A stretch of 64,000 bases of DNA from the human T2T-CHM13v2.0 reference genome, Homo sapiens. The notes under the pieces were generated by a model. That model saw only the letters and a list, made by a program, of their open reading frames with translations, ran no database searches and had not been told where the DNA came from. Below are positions 18,035 to 33,240 of this stretch, one piece after another. A program made the position numbers and the translations under genes. The stretch lies in NCBI RefSeq assembly GCF_009914755.1, contig NC_060928.1, one strand, 5' to 3'. Each line of letters opens with the position of its first letter. The first letter of the stretch is position 1.

Positions 18035-18930
18035 TGAAATGGGAGAGTTCCCTGATTCCCCTTGCAACAGGGGCATGGTCGTGCAACAGGGATGTGGTCA
18101 TGCTGTTTGGTCCCCCCACAGCTCAAACCCTTTACAGAAGGGAGGGCATGCAGATGGGCAGGTGCAAGAACTGGAGTAAGCACTTTTGGGCTCTGGCCCC
18201 ACGGCAGCATCTAGGGGTGGGTGTCTGAGACTCCCAAAGCCCAAGTGGGCATGTGTTACACTGTACTCCTTTAGCTTTGCCGTCTGCAGACAGCTTGTGT
18301 ATTAATCAGCTCAATGGACTCTCTGCCTTATAGCAAGGGCAGGGGGCATTGTGACAACCTTCTGTATCCCAAGCTCTTGCCCAGTGTCCCAAAAGAATTG
18401 GATCACACGCGGGCTTGAAGGATGAGAGCAAGGTTTTATTGAGTGATGGAGGTGGCTCTCAGCAAGATGGATGGGGAGCCAGAAAGGGGGATGGAGTGGG
18501 AATGTGGTTTCCTCTGGAGTTGGGCCCAGTGAGCGGACTCTTCTCCAACCACCCCAGGCTGAACTCCCCTCGGTGTCCAGACGTCTCTCCTTTTCTCTCT
18601 TTTTCTGCTGCATTGTTCCACCATCACTGGTCTGCTGGTCTGCTAGTCTGCTGGTCTGCTGGTCTGCTGGTCTTCTAGTCTGCTGGTCTGCTGGTCTGCT
18701 GGTCTCAATGTGCAGCCACTTGTGGGTGTGCCCTCTAAGGTCTCAGGTTTGTATGGACACAGGATGGGGAGTGTGGCAGGCCACAGTGGTCTTGGAAAAT
18801 GCAACATTCAGGCTTGAAAACAGGAGCGCGTCTTCTCACTTAGGTCTGTGGGCACAGGCCTGAAGTTGGAGCTTTTGCCAAGGACCCTGCCCTTCTCTAT
18901 CCAGCACTTCCCTGCCCCACTCCCGTAACA
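18035..18930 (-). mobile_element. ERV1 solo LTR (LTR1 family)
   Basis: Reverse complement starts tgttacgggagtggggcagggaagtgctggatagagaagggcagggtcc. Confidence 0.75.
18628..18705. repeat. (CTGGTCTG)n octamer tandem repeat, about 10 copies
   Basis: Directly visible inside the LTR. Confidence 0.95.
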
Positions 18931-18970
18931 GAGATATAATATTATATAGAGATTTGGTTACCAATCCCTT

Positions 18971-19781
18971 TATATATACATATGTATTATATACGTACAG
19001 ATTATGTATACATATGTATTATATACACACAGGTTATGTATACATATGTATTATATACGCACAGGTTATGTATACATATGTATTATATACGCACAGCTTA
19101 TGTATACATATGTATTATATACGCACAGCTTATGTATACATATGTATTATATACGCACAGGTTATGTATACATATGTATTATATACGCACAGGTTATGTA
19201 TACATATGTATTATATACGCACAGCTTATGTATACATATTATATACGCACAGCTTATGTATACATATGTATTCTATACGCACAGCTTATGTATACATATG
19301 TATTATATACGCACAGCTTATGTATACATATGTATTCTATACGCACAGCTTATGTATACATATGTATTATATACGCACAGATTATGTATACATATGTATT
19401 CTATACGCACAGATTATGTATACATATGTATTCTATACGCACAGATTATGTATACATATGTATTCTATACGCACAGCTTATGTATACATATGTATTCTAT
19501 ACGCACAGCTTATGTATACATATGTATTATATACGCACAGCTTATGTATACATATGTATTATATATGCACAGCTTATGTATACATATGTATTATATACGC
19601 ACAGATTATGTATACATATGTATTATATATGCACAGATTATGTATACATATGTATTATACGCATAGATTATGTATACATACGTATTATACGTATATGTTA
19701 TGTATACATATGTATTATATGTATATATTATGTATACATATGTATTATATGTATATATTATGTATACATATGTATTATATC
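18971..19781. repeat. 32-bp AT-rich minisatellite/VNTR, about 25 units
   Basis: Unit tatgtatacatatgtattatatacgcacagct; gcacag recurs at 19091 and 19123. Confidence 0.97.
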
Positions 19782-20319
19782 TAGGGGAATTATATTTTTA
19801 AATATATTATCTCATTTAATTAAGCATTACAATAATATCTCATTTAATACTTACAACAATCCTATGAGGTAGAAATTAATTTCCATATATTACAGATGTG
19901 GAAACTGAGGTTGAGAATGGTGAAACAACTTTCCTGAGCAGGCAGCCAGAAAGTAATCCCACTCCAGAGCACTGGCTCTTCCCACTCCTCCGTCAGGACC
20001 ACCTATCTCTTGCCCATACTACCCATGTAGCCAATGAAGGTCTGTAGAATAAGAGAATAAATGACATCGACATCCATTTGTGAGTTAAAATTGATAGCAC
20101 AAGAGGACAATACCATAGTCCTGAGATCATCCCAGACATAGAATGACATCTAATCAGAGGTGCTTAGAGTCAGTCCCAATGAGAAGAGACAGAATCCTTC
20201 CATTATGTTACTTCCTCATTCCTTATCATGGTCTTGGATGGGCATGACAATTTCCCTCGATATAATCCATTTCTTGCTGGTTTTATCCAAGTTGTTCTTT
20301 AGTCTACTAAGGGAGGTAT

Positions 20320-21334
<1,015 letters not shown>

Positions 21335-22596
21335 GTATTAAGACAAAGGACACTAGCAGGTTACTGAGGGCTATGTGTATTCAGGACACTATACTAGATC
21401 TCTTAATGTAGTATTTCGCTTCATCCTCACAATAAATCTGTGAGGTTGAGGCTAGTGCCCCCATTTTACAAATGAAAAACATGAGAATCAGACAGGTGAA
21501 ATAATTTGTCCAAGATCACATAGGTAGAAACTAAAAGATTTGAGATTTGCACTGTGCTGTCCACTCCACAATCCCATTGCAATTGTAGGTCTTCCTCATA
21601 GTTCTGAAATCTAAGATTCTCGAAGGCAGTGACTGCCAGGGTCTGGCACATAGGAGAACTTAATCAATAACTAGTCAATCAGTCTGTCTGGTTCTCAATG
21701 CCCACCACCGTGCCACCTCCCTACCAGCTTTATATATGTGCAATTCTGCCTTAAATTTACTTTCTATCCTAACAAGTTCTTGATACATTCATTCTCAGTA
21801 CACATTTTCTTAAAACTCAAAGTTTTCTTTCTTCTTTTATCCTTCTGCCCCTTGGGAAAGCCCACTCATTTCCCTGCTCAGACAGCTGGTTTGGGAAAGT
21901 TGCACGCAGCAAACGGGAACAGCTTGCCCACTGAACCACCATGCAGGAACAGGAGCTACATTTGGAATTCACAGTCCAGAAAAATGTCCAGCCTGCTTAC
22001 AAAGCACCGGTAGAGGCTCAAAGGAAAACAGATACAACATAATCCTTTTCTTTTGCTAAATGACATCCTCATTTACATCCTCACCATATTAATTCTCTTT
22101 GTTTCAACTTAACTAAAGTCAAAGACAGCTTCTCAGGAAGTGTTATTCACATGTATTAGACAGCCTAAAATGACAAAATGTTCTAATTCCATTCGTGGAT
22201 AAAAGTCAATTTGACACCAACACTAAGCTGTTATTTTTCAAATAACAATGGTAATGTTTAATTAGAATTTAACCTGGCTGCTTGCTTTCATTTAACAATG
22301 TACAGTACGCTGGTGGTTTCCTGACGAAAGCAAAGATTGACGTCCAATGTAAATGCTGCATTTCAAAAAAAGCTGCACACTACTAGTGTCTAATTATGCA
22401 TAACACTCTGCCATTAATTACTAATATTTCAAGTGGCTTGGAGGGTTAGCTGGTCTTTAGCCCTTCCTATTATGACCACAGGTAAGCTTAAGTCTTTGTC
22501 AGATTATCACAATTGCTTTTAGTGATTACTTCTATAAACCAAGCCTACAAAAACCCTCCTAAATGTTTAATTATATTTCTTGATCTGTTTTAACTA

Positions 22597-22986
<390 letters not shown>

Positions 22987-23276
22987 GTAAATATTCATAC
23001 TTTTTTACTTGATCATTCATTACCAGAGTCCCGAGCTACTCACTGATGCAGTAAGTTTTCTTTCCTTCTTTCCTCTCTTAGACTCCTGCAGTCCATCGTC
23101 TCTAATATCCACTCACTGCTTCATTCATTCATGCCACACACACAGTCACAGAGCACTTGTTCTGTGCCAGGCATACATTTTCTCTAGATACTGATTCCTA
23201 ATGAAATCTCCCTCTTGGAGACCCCCAATGCATATATTAGAGGCTCTGAGAAGTTTTATCTATCTATCAAATAGAG

Positions 23277-23315
23277 GATGGATAGATAGATGATAGATAG
23301 ATAGATAGATAGATA
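23277..23315. repeat. (GATA)n microsatellite
   Basis: gatagatagatgatagatagatagatagatagata. Confidence 0.9.
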
Positions 23316-23927
23316 ATGGATTAACTTTCTATATTTTCCTTACTTATGGACCTCTTTTTCCATGGACACCTATTACCATCCCAGCACAATGGTGTTCTAA
23401 GAAACACACTTTGGGAACAGTGCAGGACCACACCTGACACACTGTAGCACACTCCTGACCAAGATTCTGTCCTCGACCAAACTCTAGCCAGGGCCCTCTG
23501 AGCCCTTTCTCTACTAGGCCTCAAGGCATGGCCTAGAAAGACTTGAGCAAACACTAACATAGTTTCTAACAGCTCAGCCATATCCCTAGGACAACTCCAG
23601 CTTCCTTAAAGTGCCTGCCTGAGAAAACTCCAGGTTGCCAAAAGAATGTACTGTTTGTTCCAGCAACCTGAGGACAGAGCCTGTCTCCCAGTCTCTGTGG
23701 GAGGGTAGGAGCCCACCTACATTCAATAAGAGCCAGGCAACAAACCCAGATGGGTTTCACATGGACCAATCTTTTCTTCCTACTTTTTGTAATTTGTCTT
23801 TTCTCTGACTCAAATGAGCCCCCAGTTGCCCCCACCCTACTCCAGTCTCCCTTTAAAATGCCCGGTCACCTCCGTACAAATCAAAGTTGAGTTTACACCT
23901 GACCTTCTTCCCTATTTCAATAGTATA

Positions 23928-24643
23928 TAGTAGTTAACCCCTTTCTGAGGTTTTATGCTTTCTGGTTTCAGTTACCAGCAACTGTGATCTGAAAATATAA
24001 AAAGAAAAATTCCAGAAATAAACAATTCACAAGTTGTAAATTCCATGTCTGTTCTGGCTATCATGATGAAATCTCACACCATCCCACTCTTTCCTGACCT
24101 GGACGTAAATCATGTCTTTGTCCAGGGTACTCACGTTGCCTGTGCCACCCACCCACTAGTCACTCAGTAGCAATCTGGGTTATCAGATCAAAAAAACAGT
24201 ATATAGGTGATATGGTTTGGCTGTGTCCCCACCCAAATCTCATCTTGAATTCCCACATGTTGTGGGAGGAACCCAGTGGGAGGTAATTGAATCCTGGGGG
24301 CAGGTCTTTCCCGTACTGTTCTCATGATAGTGAATAAGTCTCATGAGATCTGATGGTTTTAAAAAGGAGAGTTTCCCTGCACAAACTCTCTTCTCTCTTC
24401 GCCTGCCACCATCCATTTAAGATGTGACTTGCTCCTCCTTACCTTCCGCCATGATTGTGAGGCCTCCCCAGCCACATGGAACTGTAAGTCCATTAAACCT
24501 CTTTCCTTTGTAAATTGCCCAGCCTCTGGTATGTCATTACCAGCAGCATGAAAACTAATACGATAGGGTTTGGTACTATCTGTGGTTTCAGGCATCCACT
24601 GGAGGTCTTGGAAGATAACCCCTCAGATAAGAGAAGACCACTG
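23928..24643 (+). mobile_element. MER44-type (Tigger-derived) MITE split by THE1
   Basis: TA-flanked; ends ...ggtttcaggcatccactggaggtcttggaa...gataagagaagaccactg. Confidence 0.75.
24208..24562 (+). mobile_element. THE1 solo LTR
   Basis: 5-bp TSD atagg (24203-24207, 24563-24567). Confidence 0.92.
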
Positions 24644-25153
24644 TATTACTGATTAATATCTGTCCATACCACATTAACTGGTGTCTGACTTTGTTTATCT
24701 TTGCCACTCCACCTAGTTCTCCACACATGAAAAGCCCTAAGGGAAGACTCATTAAAATTGATACAGGAGGATCTAGTTAATGCAATGAGGTCTAGGTGAG
24801 AATTGAGACTATCCTGTTTCCAAAAAGCAGGAAACAGGTATGTTTGTCCAAGACAACAAATTCCAGAACTGGCCTTAGAGTCCCACAGATGTAACTAAAA
24901 TCCCAATTGGTCCATTGTGAAACCAACTTATCTGGGTCTCAGAGGTCCCAGTGAGGATTAACTGAGATAATGCTGAGGAAGACCAAAGCCTCCCCTGAGA
25001 TATTTGCGATGCTTTACTCTCACAGTTGCCTTTGCCTATGCCTAGCTACTCAGCCTATGCATCACAGTCTGTCCCTCAAGATACAGATAAGGAAATCAGC
25101 CTTTCCTTTAATAGGAGGGAGCAAGGAGGCAGGGATAAAAATTTTAACCAGTG

Positions 25154-25732
25154 GGCCAGGCACGGTGGCTCACACCTATAATCTCAGCACTTTGGGAGAC
25201 TGAGGCAGGAGGATCACTTGAGTTCAGGAGTTCAAGACCAGCCTAGACAACATAGTGAGACTTCCTCTCTACTAAAAATCAAGAAAATTAGCTGGGTGTG
25301 GTGATGCGTAACTGTGGTCCCAGCTACTTGGGCGTATGAGGCAGGAGGATCACTTGAGACCAGGAGTTCGAGACTGCAGTTTGCCCCGCTGCACTCCAGT
25401 CTGGGCAACAGAGTGAGACTCTATCTCAAAAAAAAAAAAAATAAATAAAAATAAATTTAACCAGGCCGGGCACAGTGGCTCACACATGTAATCCCAGCAC
25501 TTTAGGAGGTTGAGGCGTGCAGATCACTTGAACTCAGGAGTTCAAGACCAGCCTGGCCAACATGGTGAAACCTCGTCTCTACTAAAAACACAAAAATTAG
25601 CTGGATGTGTAATCCTAGTTACTCAGGAGGCTGAGGCATGAGAATTGTTTGAACCCGGGAGGCAGAGGTTGCAGTGAGCCAAGATCATGTCACTGTACTC
25701 CAGCCTGGGCTGCGTCTCAGAAAAAAAAAAAA
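25154..25732 (+). mobile_element. Two tandem Alus (25154-25453 AluJ-like; 25464-25732 AluS-like)
   Basis: Target motif aaatt(t)aaccag occurs before, between and after them. Confidence 0.93.
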
Positions 25733-25777
25733 TTAACCAGTGGAGGCCAGTAATTTTTTCAACCCATGCATGCACAG

Positions 25778-25778
<1 letters not shown>

Positions 25779-25808
<30 letters not shown>
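25779..25808. repeat. (CA)n microsatellite
   Basis: About 15 CA units. Confidence 0.95.
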
Positions 25809-25809
<1 letters not shown>

Positions 25810-26269
25810 CATTTTTATAGATTTTTTCCAAGCATGAGACGAAACAAAGGAGCAGTTCCATGGCAAGAATGAAAATAACTCCAGATTAAATATCAGACAC
25901 CCTGTTCTTTAAGAGTTCCTCTGCCTCCCACCACCTCAGCAAAGCTATGCATTCTCCTTTGCTCTCTCCTCACACTTTTATGCAGAGCCAGTCCGCTCTT
26001 TGTGGCCTCAACCCCCGAATTTGATTCCAGGTCTACCAGCTCTCCGAAAGACATTCCCATAGAAGCCCTCATGAACAGGCAAGTATGCTCTCAAATAGCA
26101 AAGTTTTCCTCTGCCTAAGCCTGCACCTACACAGATCCCAAGAAAGCCAACTTCAAGTCCAAAAATGGCCCATAAGGAGGCAGCTGGAGTGTAAAGCCAG
26201 AACTCCCCAATCTCCAATCACTCAAACATGAGCTGCCTGAGTTTCCCCATACACCACATATTCATACCA

Positions 26270-27038
<769 letters not shown>

Positions 27039-28254
27039 CTATATACATTACATTATGTAGTGTATTCCTCAGGTAATGTTTATTTTTTATGCACTGTCTA
27101 CTTATCCTCATCCTCACAATAATATCCATGTATTCATGGTTTTGATGTGGTTGCTATGTATTTTCCTAATACACATCAAAATAAACAACAGAGCGAGACT
27201 CTGTTGTTTATGATTATTAAATAAGAAGCGTTCACCTGTGTCCCTCCCCATACCCCCGGTACACCTGCCCCGAGGGCACAGTGTGGATCCCACTTTGGAA
27301 AATTCTGGTGCAAAGGGACGCTCAAGGCCCTCAAGATGGGAAACGAGAGTTCCACGCCTGGCTCTTCCACTGATGGCCTTGAGCGGGTCACTCTGAAACT
27401 CCTGCTCCCTAGCACTCTCCTCTGTACAGGGGTTCCATAGAATTTCTTGTTGGACCGCAGCCCTCTGCTGTCCACCAGGATTACCCAGGACAGTCGGTGG
27501 CTGAGCAGAGAGTCAGCCAAGGGTTTCCATTCCCTGGGCCCTTAAACCCATTCCTCTTACCTGAGTTCTCCAGCTTGAACCCCCCACGCCACCCCACCCG
27601 GTACATGGAGTCAGAAAGCTGAAGTTTAGAGCAATGACAACCTCTCTCCACTCCTCTTTTTCCCTCCAGAGCATCTACGCATCAAGCCTGGATGACATCA
27701 AAGAAAAAAAGCTGCTTCACGTCTCCCTCCACCCTCCGTCGGTCACTCTGAATCACACTCACATAGAGAGATGATCAGCCAACCACTCCAGTGTGGTTTA
27801 AAGGCAGGAACACTACAGTAGAAGTTCAAAAATCTGGTTTAAATATGGCTTCATGACCTGCCAATCCGGTGACCTTAGCCTCTCTGATACTCAGTTTCCT
27901 CCTTTGTAAACAGGGAAAATCTGACTTAGCTCAAACTATGAGTATGAAGATTCAGTGAAATAACATAGGCTCAATCTCACAGCACCAAGCCTGATACATG
28001 GTAGGTATTCAGCAAATGTCACCTGAGCCTAAATTGGAATCAATAACCATTTCCAAAGTGTGCAGAGGGGACGGACACTGTACAGGGACTCCTGATACGT
28101 GACGGCAGGGCACAGACCTTTTCCCATGGCTGGCGGACATACTGAGGTCTACACTGCTGTTGCGATGACTGTTGCTGTTTGTGTGCTGTTGTTTGAAGGT
28201 GGATTGGGCTTTCACGATGTTGCAAACTTGGCGATGTTTAGGAAGCTGCTACTA

Positions 28255-28333
28255 TTACATTGGTGCAAAAGTAATAGCGGTTTTTGCTATTGCTTTTAGT
28301 GGCAAAAACCGCGATTACTTTTGCACCAACTTA
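28255..28333. mobile_element. MADE1 (Hsmar1-derived MITE)
   Basis: About 80-bp palindrome ttggtgcaaaagtaatagcgg...ccgcgattacttttgcaccaa. Confidence 0.92.
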
Positions 28334-28624
28334 CACATTTTTGAACCTATTTCCACTTCTGTGAAGTAAGCCAGAGAAATGAGGGGAGAAAGGGTGAGGG
28401 GAAGAAGACAGGAAGGCAGGAAAGGAGCGAAAGGCAAAGTGAACAGCAGCAAGTCTCCAGTGCTTGGGGTGACTTATCGATCTCAGATCCACTCACAGGG
28501 CTGAGCAGAGGCCCCACTAGGCAAAGAAAACTGAACCAAGTTTCCCACGCTAGTTTTCCAAGACGAATTGTCTCATCGGCTGCCAATGCCTGCCCCCTTG
28601 TGGAAGTTCTTCAAACTGCTTGTA

Positions 28625-28626
28625 TT

Positions 28627-28667
<41 letters not shown>
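28625..28667. repeat. (TTTA)n microsatellite
   Basis: Directly visible. Confidence 0.9.
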
Positions 28668-28671
<4 letters not shown>

Positions 28672-28974
28672 ATGCCAGGACACTTGGAAAGGCTCACAAT
28701 GAGAAAATGTTTTAAGCTTCCAGAGGTTCCCCGTTGCCTAAAGATAAAAACCACCTGACAGAGATCCTTCATGATGCAGCCCCTGCCCACGAAGACACCT
28801 CTCCTCCATGCACTCCCCGCCAGCACTTTATCCTGTAATGATAACAAGCTCCATAGTTCCCCAATAATTAATTGAGTTGATAAGAGGCCAACTTGGGAAT
28901 GAGATAGACCAGAGTTCAAAATTCTGATGCTTTTTCCTCTAGCTGTGTGGCTCTGGGTAAGTTATCTAACTCAC

Positions 28975-29368
<394 letters not shown>

Positions 29369-29466
29369 TTAGAATTAAATGAGGTAACGCATGAAAAGCA
29401 TCTTCTAAGGGTGCTTTATGCCCCATGCACTTTAGCTGCCAAGGGTAAATGCAGCCTGTTCTTTCT

Positions 29467-29778
29467 TTTCTTTTTTTTTTTTAATTATACTTTAAGTTTT
29501 AGGGTACATGTGCACAACGTGCAGGTTTGTTACATATGTATACATGTGCCATGTTGGTGTGTTGCACCCATCAACTCGTCATTTAACATTAGGTATATCT
29601 CCTAATGCTATCCCTCCCCGCTCCCCCCACCCCACAACAGGCCCCAGTGTGTGATGTTCCCCTTCCTGTGTCCATGTGTTCTCATTGTTCAATTCCCACC
29701 TATGAGTGAGAACATGCGGTGTTTGGTTTTTTGTCCTTGCGATAGTTTGCTGAGAATGATGGTTTCCAGCTTCATCCA
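29467..29778 (-). mobile_element. Young L1PA 3' fragment
   Basis: Near-consensus L1PA 3' UTR; perfect 16-bp TSD gcagcctgttctttct. Confidence 0.95.
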
Positions 29779-30108
29779 GCAGCCTGTTCTTTCTACCCCT
29801 GAGCCATTCACTTAACAAGCGCTTATTATGCATTACTTGGATGACAAAGGAGGCATAGTCCCTGCTTTAAAGAACTTGTAGTTGAGTGAAGAGACAGAAA
29901 TATAAACAAGTAACTATTATACTCTTAATTTGACAAAGGCAGTGTTTGAGTTAAATATAGCTTGTGTCCCTCTCAAGTCAAGCAAAACCTAAGATAAGGG
30001 ATTGTATGAACTAATTTATTTAAGGAAGTGGTCCTCGGAAGCAGAGTTGGGGACTAGGGGCATAGGAAGAGTGAAACAGGGCAGGAGGGAAAGCCAACAC
30101 ACATTTTA

Positions 30109-30188
30109 TTATGTTGGTGCAAAAGTGATTGCGGTTTCTGGTATTACTTTCAATGGTAAAAACCGCAATGACTTTTGCAGCAACCTCA
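30109..30188. mobile_element. MADE1 (second copy), inside an old ERVL-type LTR (about 29960-30590)
   Basis: TA-flanked palindrome ttggtgcaaaagtgattgcgg...ccgcaatgacttttgcagcaa. Confidence 0.92.
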
Positions 30189-31477
30189 TACCAAGCTGCA
30201 TCACGTTCTAAGTAACTGGGAATGATGCCACTAGAGGCTGTCTAAGGAGTGGTGAAGAGTGATGTGCCTCATTCTGACACATCGTCAGAAGGACAGGAGG
30301 GGAACATTCGTCCACCAGCCCGTCTCCCAGTGGTCAAGTGTGTTGCCCCTTGGAGCATTAACTCTCCACCCTCCCAGGTTTGCGCATGTGTGAGTGCCTG
30401 GCACATTTCTGCAGACATCCCATTCCTCAATGTCAGGCAAGCCCAGAGGCAGAAAGCGAGGTAGGCAGGACAGCCAGGGACATGCGGTCAGCTTGCACTT
30501 GCTCAAAGCTGGTGGCCCCAGCCATGACTGGAATAAAATGTGGGCAGGGAGGATGCAAGGCGAGGCACAAGAGGTGGCCGATGACGACACAGGAAACTGT
30601 CGGTAGGAGGGGCACCTGACCCAGCCCAGCCTTTGGGCAAAGGGATGGGATTTTATCAGATAAGCGTTCCTGGAACGGATGACTATGCCAGGTCTAGGAG
30701 GAGTTAGCTGAATCAAGGTGGAGAAGAGGAGAGAAATGGCTGGGCTAAAGCAATGGAGGAAGGTGGAGTGCAGAGGCAGGAGGAGGGCAGGTTCAAGGAA
30801 TAATTAGGGGGTACAATTGTCAGGGCGAGGCGAGGGACGGGATGATGAGTGGGGAGTAAGAGTTGTTGTGGATAACGTGGTTTCTGACCCCCGTGTCTCC
30901 ACTCAAGACAGAAAGGGAGGAGGAGAATGTGGCTCCCAGGATGGATACTGAGCTCTGATGCACCATGTTCAACTTAACTCTGCGATACTCAAGTGGAGAA
31001 GGTCAAGAAGCTCCCGGGTGCTGGAGTCGGATGCTTAGGAAGGCTTTAAAGTTGGCGTACGGAGAAATGGAACAGGATCTTGAAAAGGACTTGCTGTATC
31101 AGGTTTTCATTAATGTGCAAAGGCCAAGAACACAACAGGTACCAAGTCCCCACATTCCTAGGCAAAGTGTTAGGTCACTGGTGCAGGACCCATCAAGAGA
31201 CTAGGAAGCCATTGTCAGATCCCACGCATACCCACCACCAGCCTTTGATGCTGGAGAGGTGGAAGAGGTAGAGAGACAATGTCTCCAGAGAGCTGTTGGA
31301 ATCTTGCACCATTTCTCCTCTCCCTGCCCCTCTCTGGGGAGTGAAGAAGGAGGGCAAATGCTCATGTTTTCCCAAGGCCAGATGTGGGCCATATGGGAAG
31401 GAGCCAACCTCAAGCCATGTTGAAAGGAACACTTCCCAGGAGTTAGCCTGGAAAGACAAAGTGACCCTGCAGGGATG

Positions 31478-31529
31478 GGGGACCATGGAAGCCTAGAGGC
31501 TGAGGGGACCATGGAAGCCTAGAGGCTGA
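31478..31529. repeat. Perfect 26-bp tandem duplication
   Basis: ggggaccatggaagcctagaggctga x2. Confidence 0.9.
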
Positions 31530-31571
31530 GGAGACCTGCTGGGGGAGAAGACTGTATGCTTCAGGGTTGCT

Positions 31572-31941
31572 GTGGTCAGAGGATGCAACAGGGTGCACCC
31601 AGCCAAAGAACCAACATTTAATAATCTGCCATGCCCAGACAGCACCTACATCTGGATATATCTGAGCCAGTCCAGCACATCCTCCCTGTCCTATACTGTT
31701 CCTGGATCCAGCTTGCCAGCACCCTCAGAAGTGGATCCCTCAGCTCCAGTCGAGCCTTCAGATGAAGGCAGCCCCAGCTGACATCTGACAGCAGCCTCAC
31801 AGGAGACCCTGAGCCATAACCCCAAAATAAGTCACTCCTAAATTCCTGACCCACAGAAACTGTGAAAGATAATAAGTACTATTCTTTTAAGCTTCTAAGT
31901 TTTGGGGTGATTTGTTTACACACCAATAGATAACTAACACA
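31572..31941 (+). mobile_element. MLT1F-like LTR
   Basis: gagccttcagatga...aaattcctgacccacagaaactgtg...gataactaacaca. Confidence 0.75.
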
Positions 31942-32540
31942 TGGCTCCACCCCACTACTACTAAATCAGGATTGGGAAAGTTTCCAGGAATCCATTTTTA
32001 ATAACCTCCCAAAATTATTCCTTTGATAACCAACTAAATTTAGAGGAAGAAGACCAAAGCGGCATCTCTGGGAATCCTGACCTTCAGGGTTTCCATGAAC
32101 TTTACAGTCTTGTGAGTGAAACTGACAATAATCCCACCAATGTTATTTAGTTGTAATTATGATCTGGGTTTGAAGGAAGTAGGAAAGGGTTTGGGCACCA
32201 ATTTTAAGAGTCACTGAAACATCACTGGTGTAACTTGTAGCTAAGTAAGCCAAACATGCTTCCAGCTAAACTGACAGCTCCACCCAGTGGACATTTTGAA
32301 AACTTCTCTCATCTGAGTTTTTTTTTTTCTTTTATACACTTGGATTCACTGGCAGCTGAAAGCCCACTATCACCATCAGCTAAGATGCTGATTCAGATCA
32401 TGTTTGCATCTTTGCTGCTTACCAGCTGTTAACTACCTAAATTGCAAGCCCTTTCATGCACCTCCGAAGGAGTCTGGTTTAGAAGATCAGAGAGCGAAAG
32501 TAGCTAAGGAACAAACACTACCAAAAAAAGTCGTGGTACA

Positions 32541-32867
<327 letters not shown>

Positions 32868-32929
32868 TCAAAATGTTGGGTCTGCTTCTACCCATGGAAA
32901 TAAATCAGATTTTTAAAAAGAAAGAAAAA

Positions 32930-33240
32930 GGAAGGGTGCAGTGACTCCTGCCTATAGTCCCAGCCCTTTGGGAGGCTGAGGCAAAAGGATCACTTGAGCT
33001 CAGGGGTTCAAGACCAGCCTGAGCAACATAATAAGACTCTGTCTCTACAAAAAATAAAAAATTAGCCAGGTGTGGTGGCACGTGCCCATAGTCCCAGCTA
33101 CTTGGGAGACTGAGGTGGGAGGATCACTTGAGCCTGGAAGTCAAGGCTGCAGTGAGCTGTGATTGCACCACTGCACTCCAGCCTGTGTGACAGAACGAGG
33201 GCCTGCCAAAAAAAAAAAGAAAAAGAAAGAGAAAGAAAAG
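32930..33240 (+). mobile_element. Alu (AluJ-type)
   Basis: Diverged dimer. Confidence 0.9.

Larger units (their letters stand above)
23456..24706 (+). mobile_element. ERV1 LTR (MER67/MER31-like) split by MER44
   Basis: TG...CA ends, TSD ctcc (23452-23455, 24707-24710). Confidence 0.75.

Noticed and set aside
18971-19781. CRISPR-like periodicity
   Set aside because: Units abut with no unique spacers; this is a eukaryotic minisatellite.
18954-19872. Three long overlapping ORFs (276, 296, 220 aa)
   Set aside because: Artefact of a stop-free 32-bp tandem repeat cycling through the frames; no gene context.
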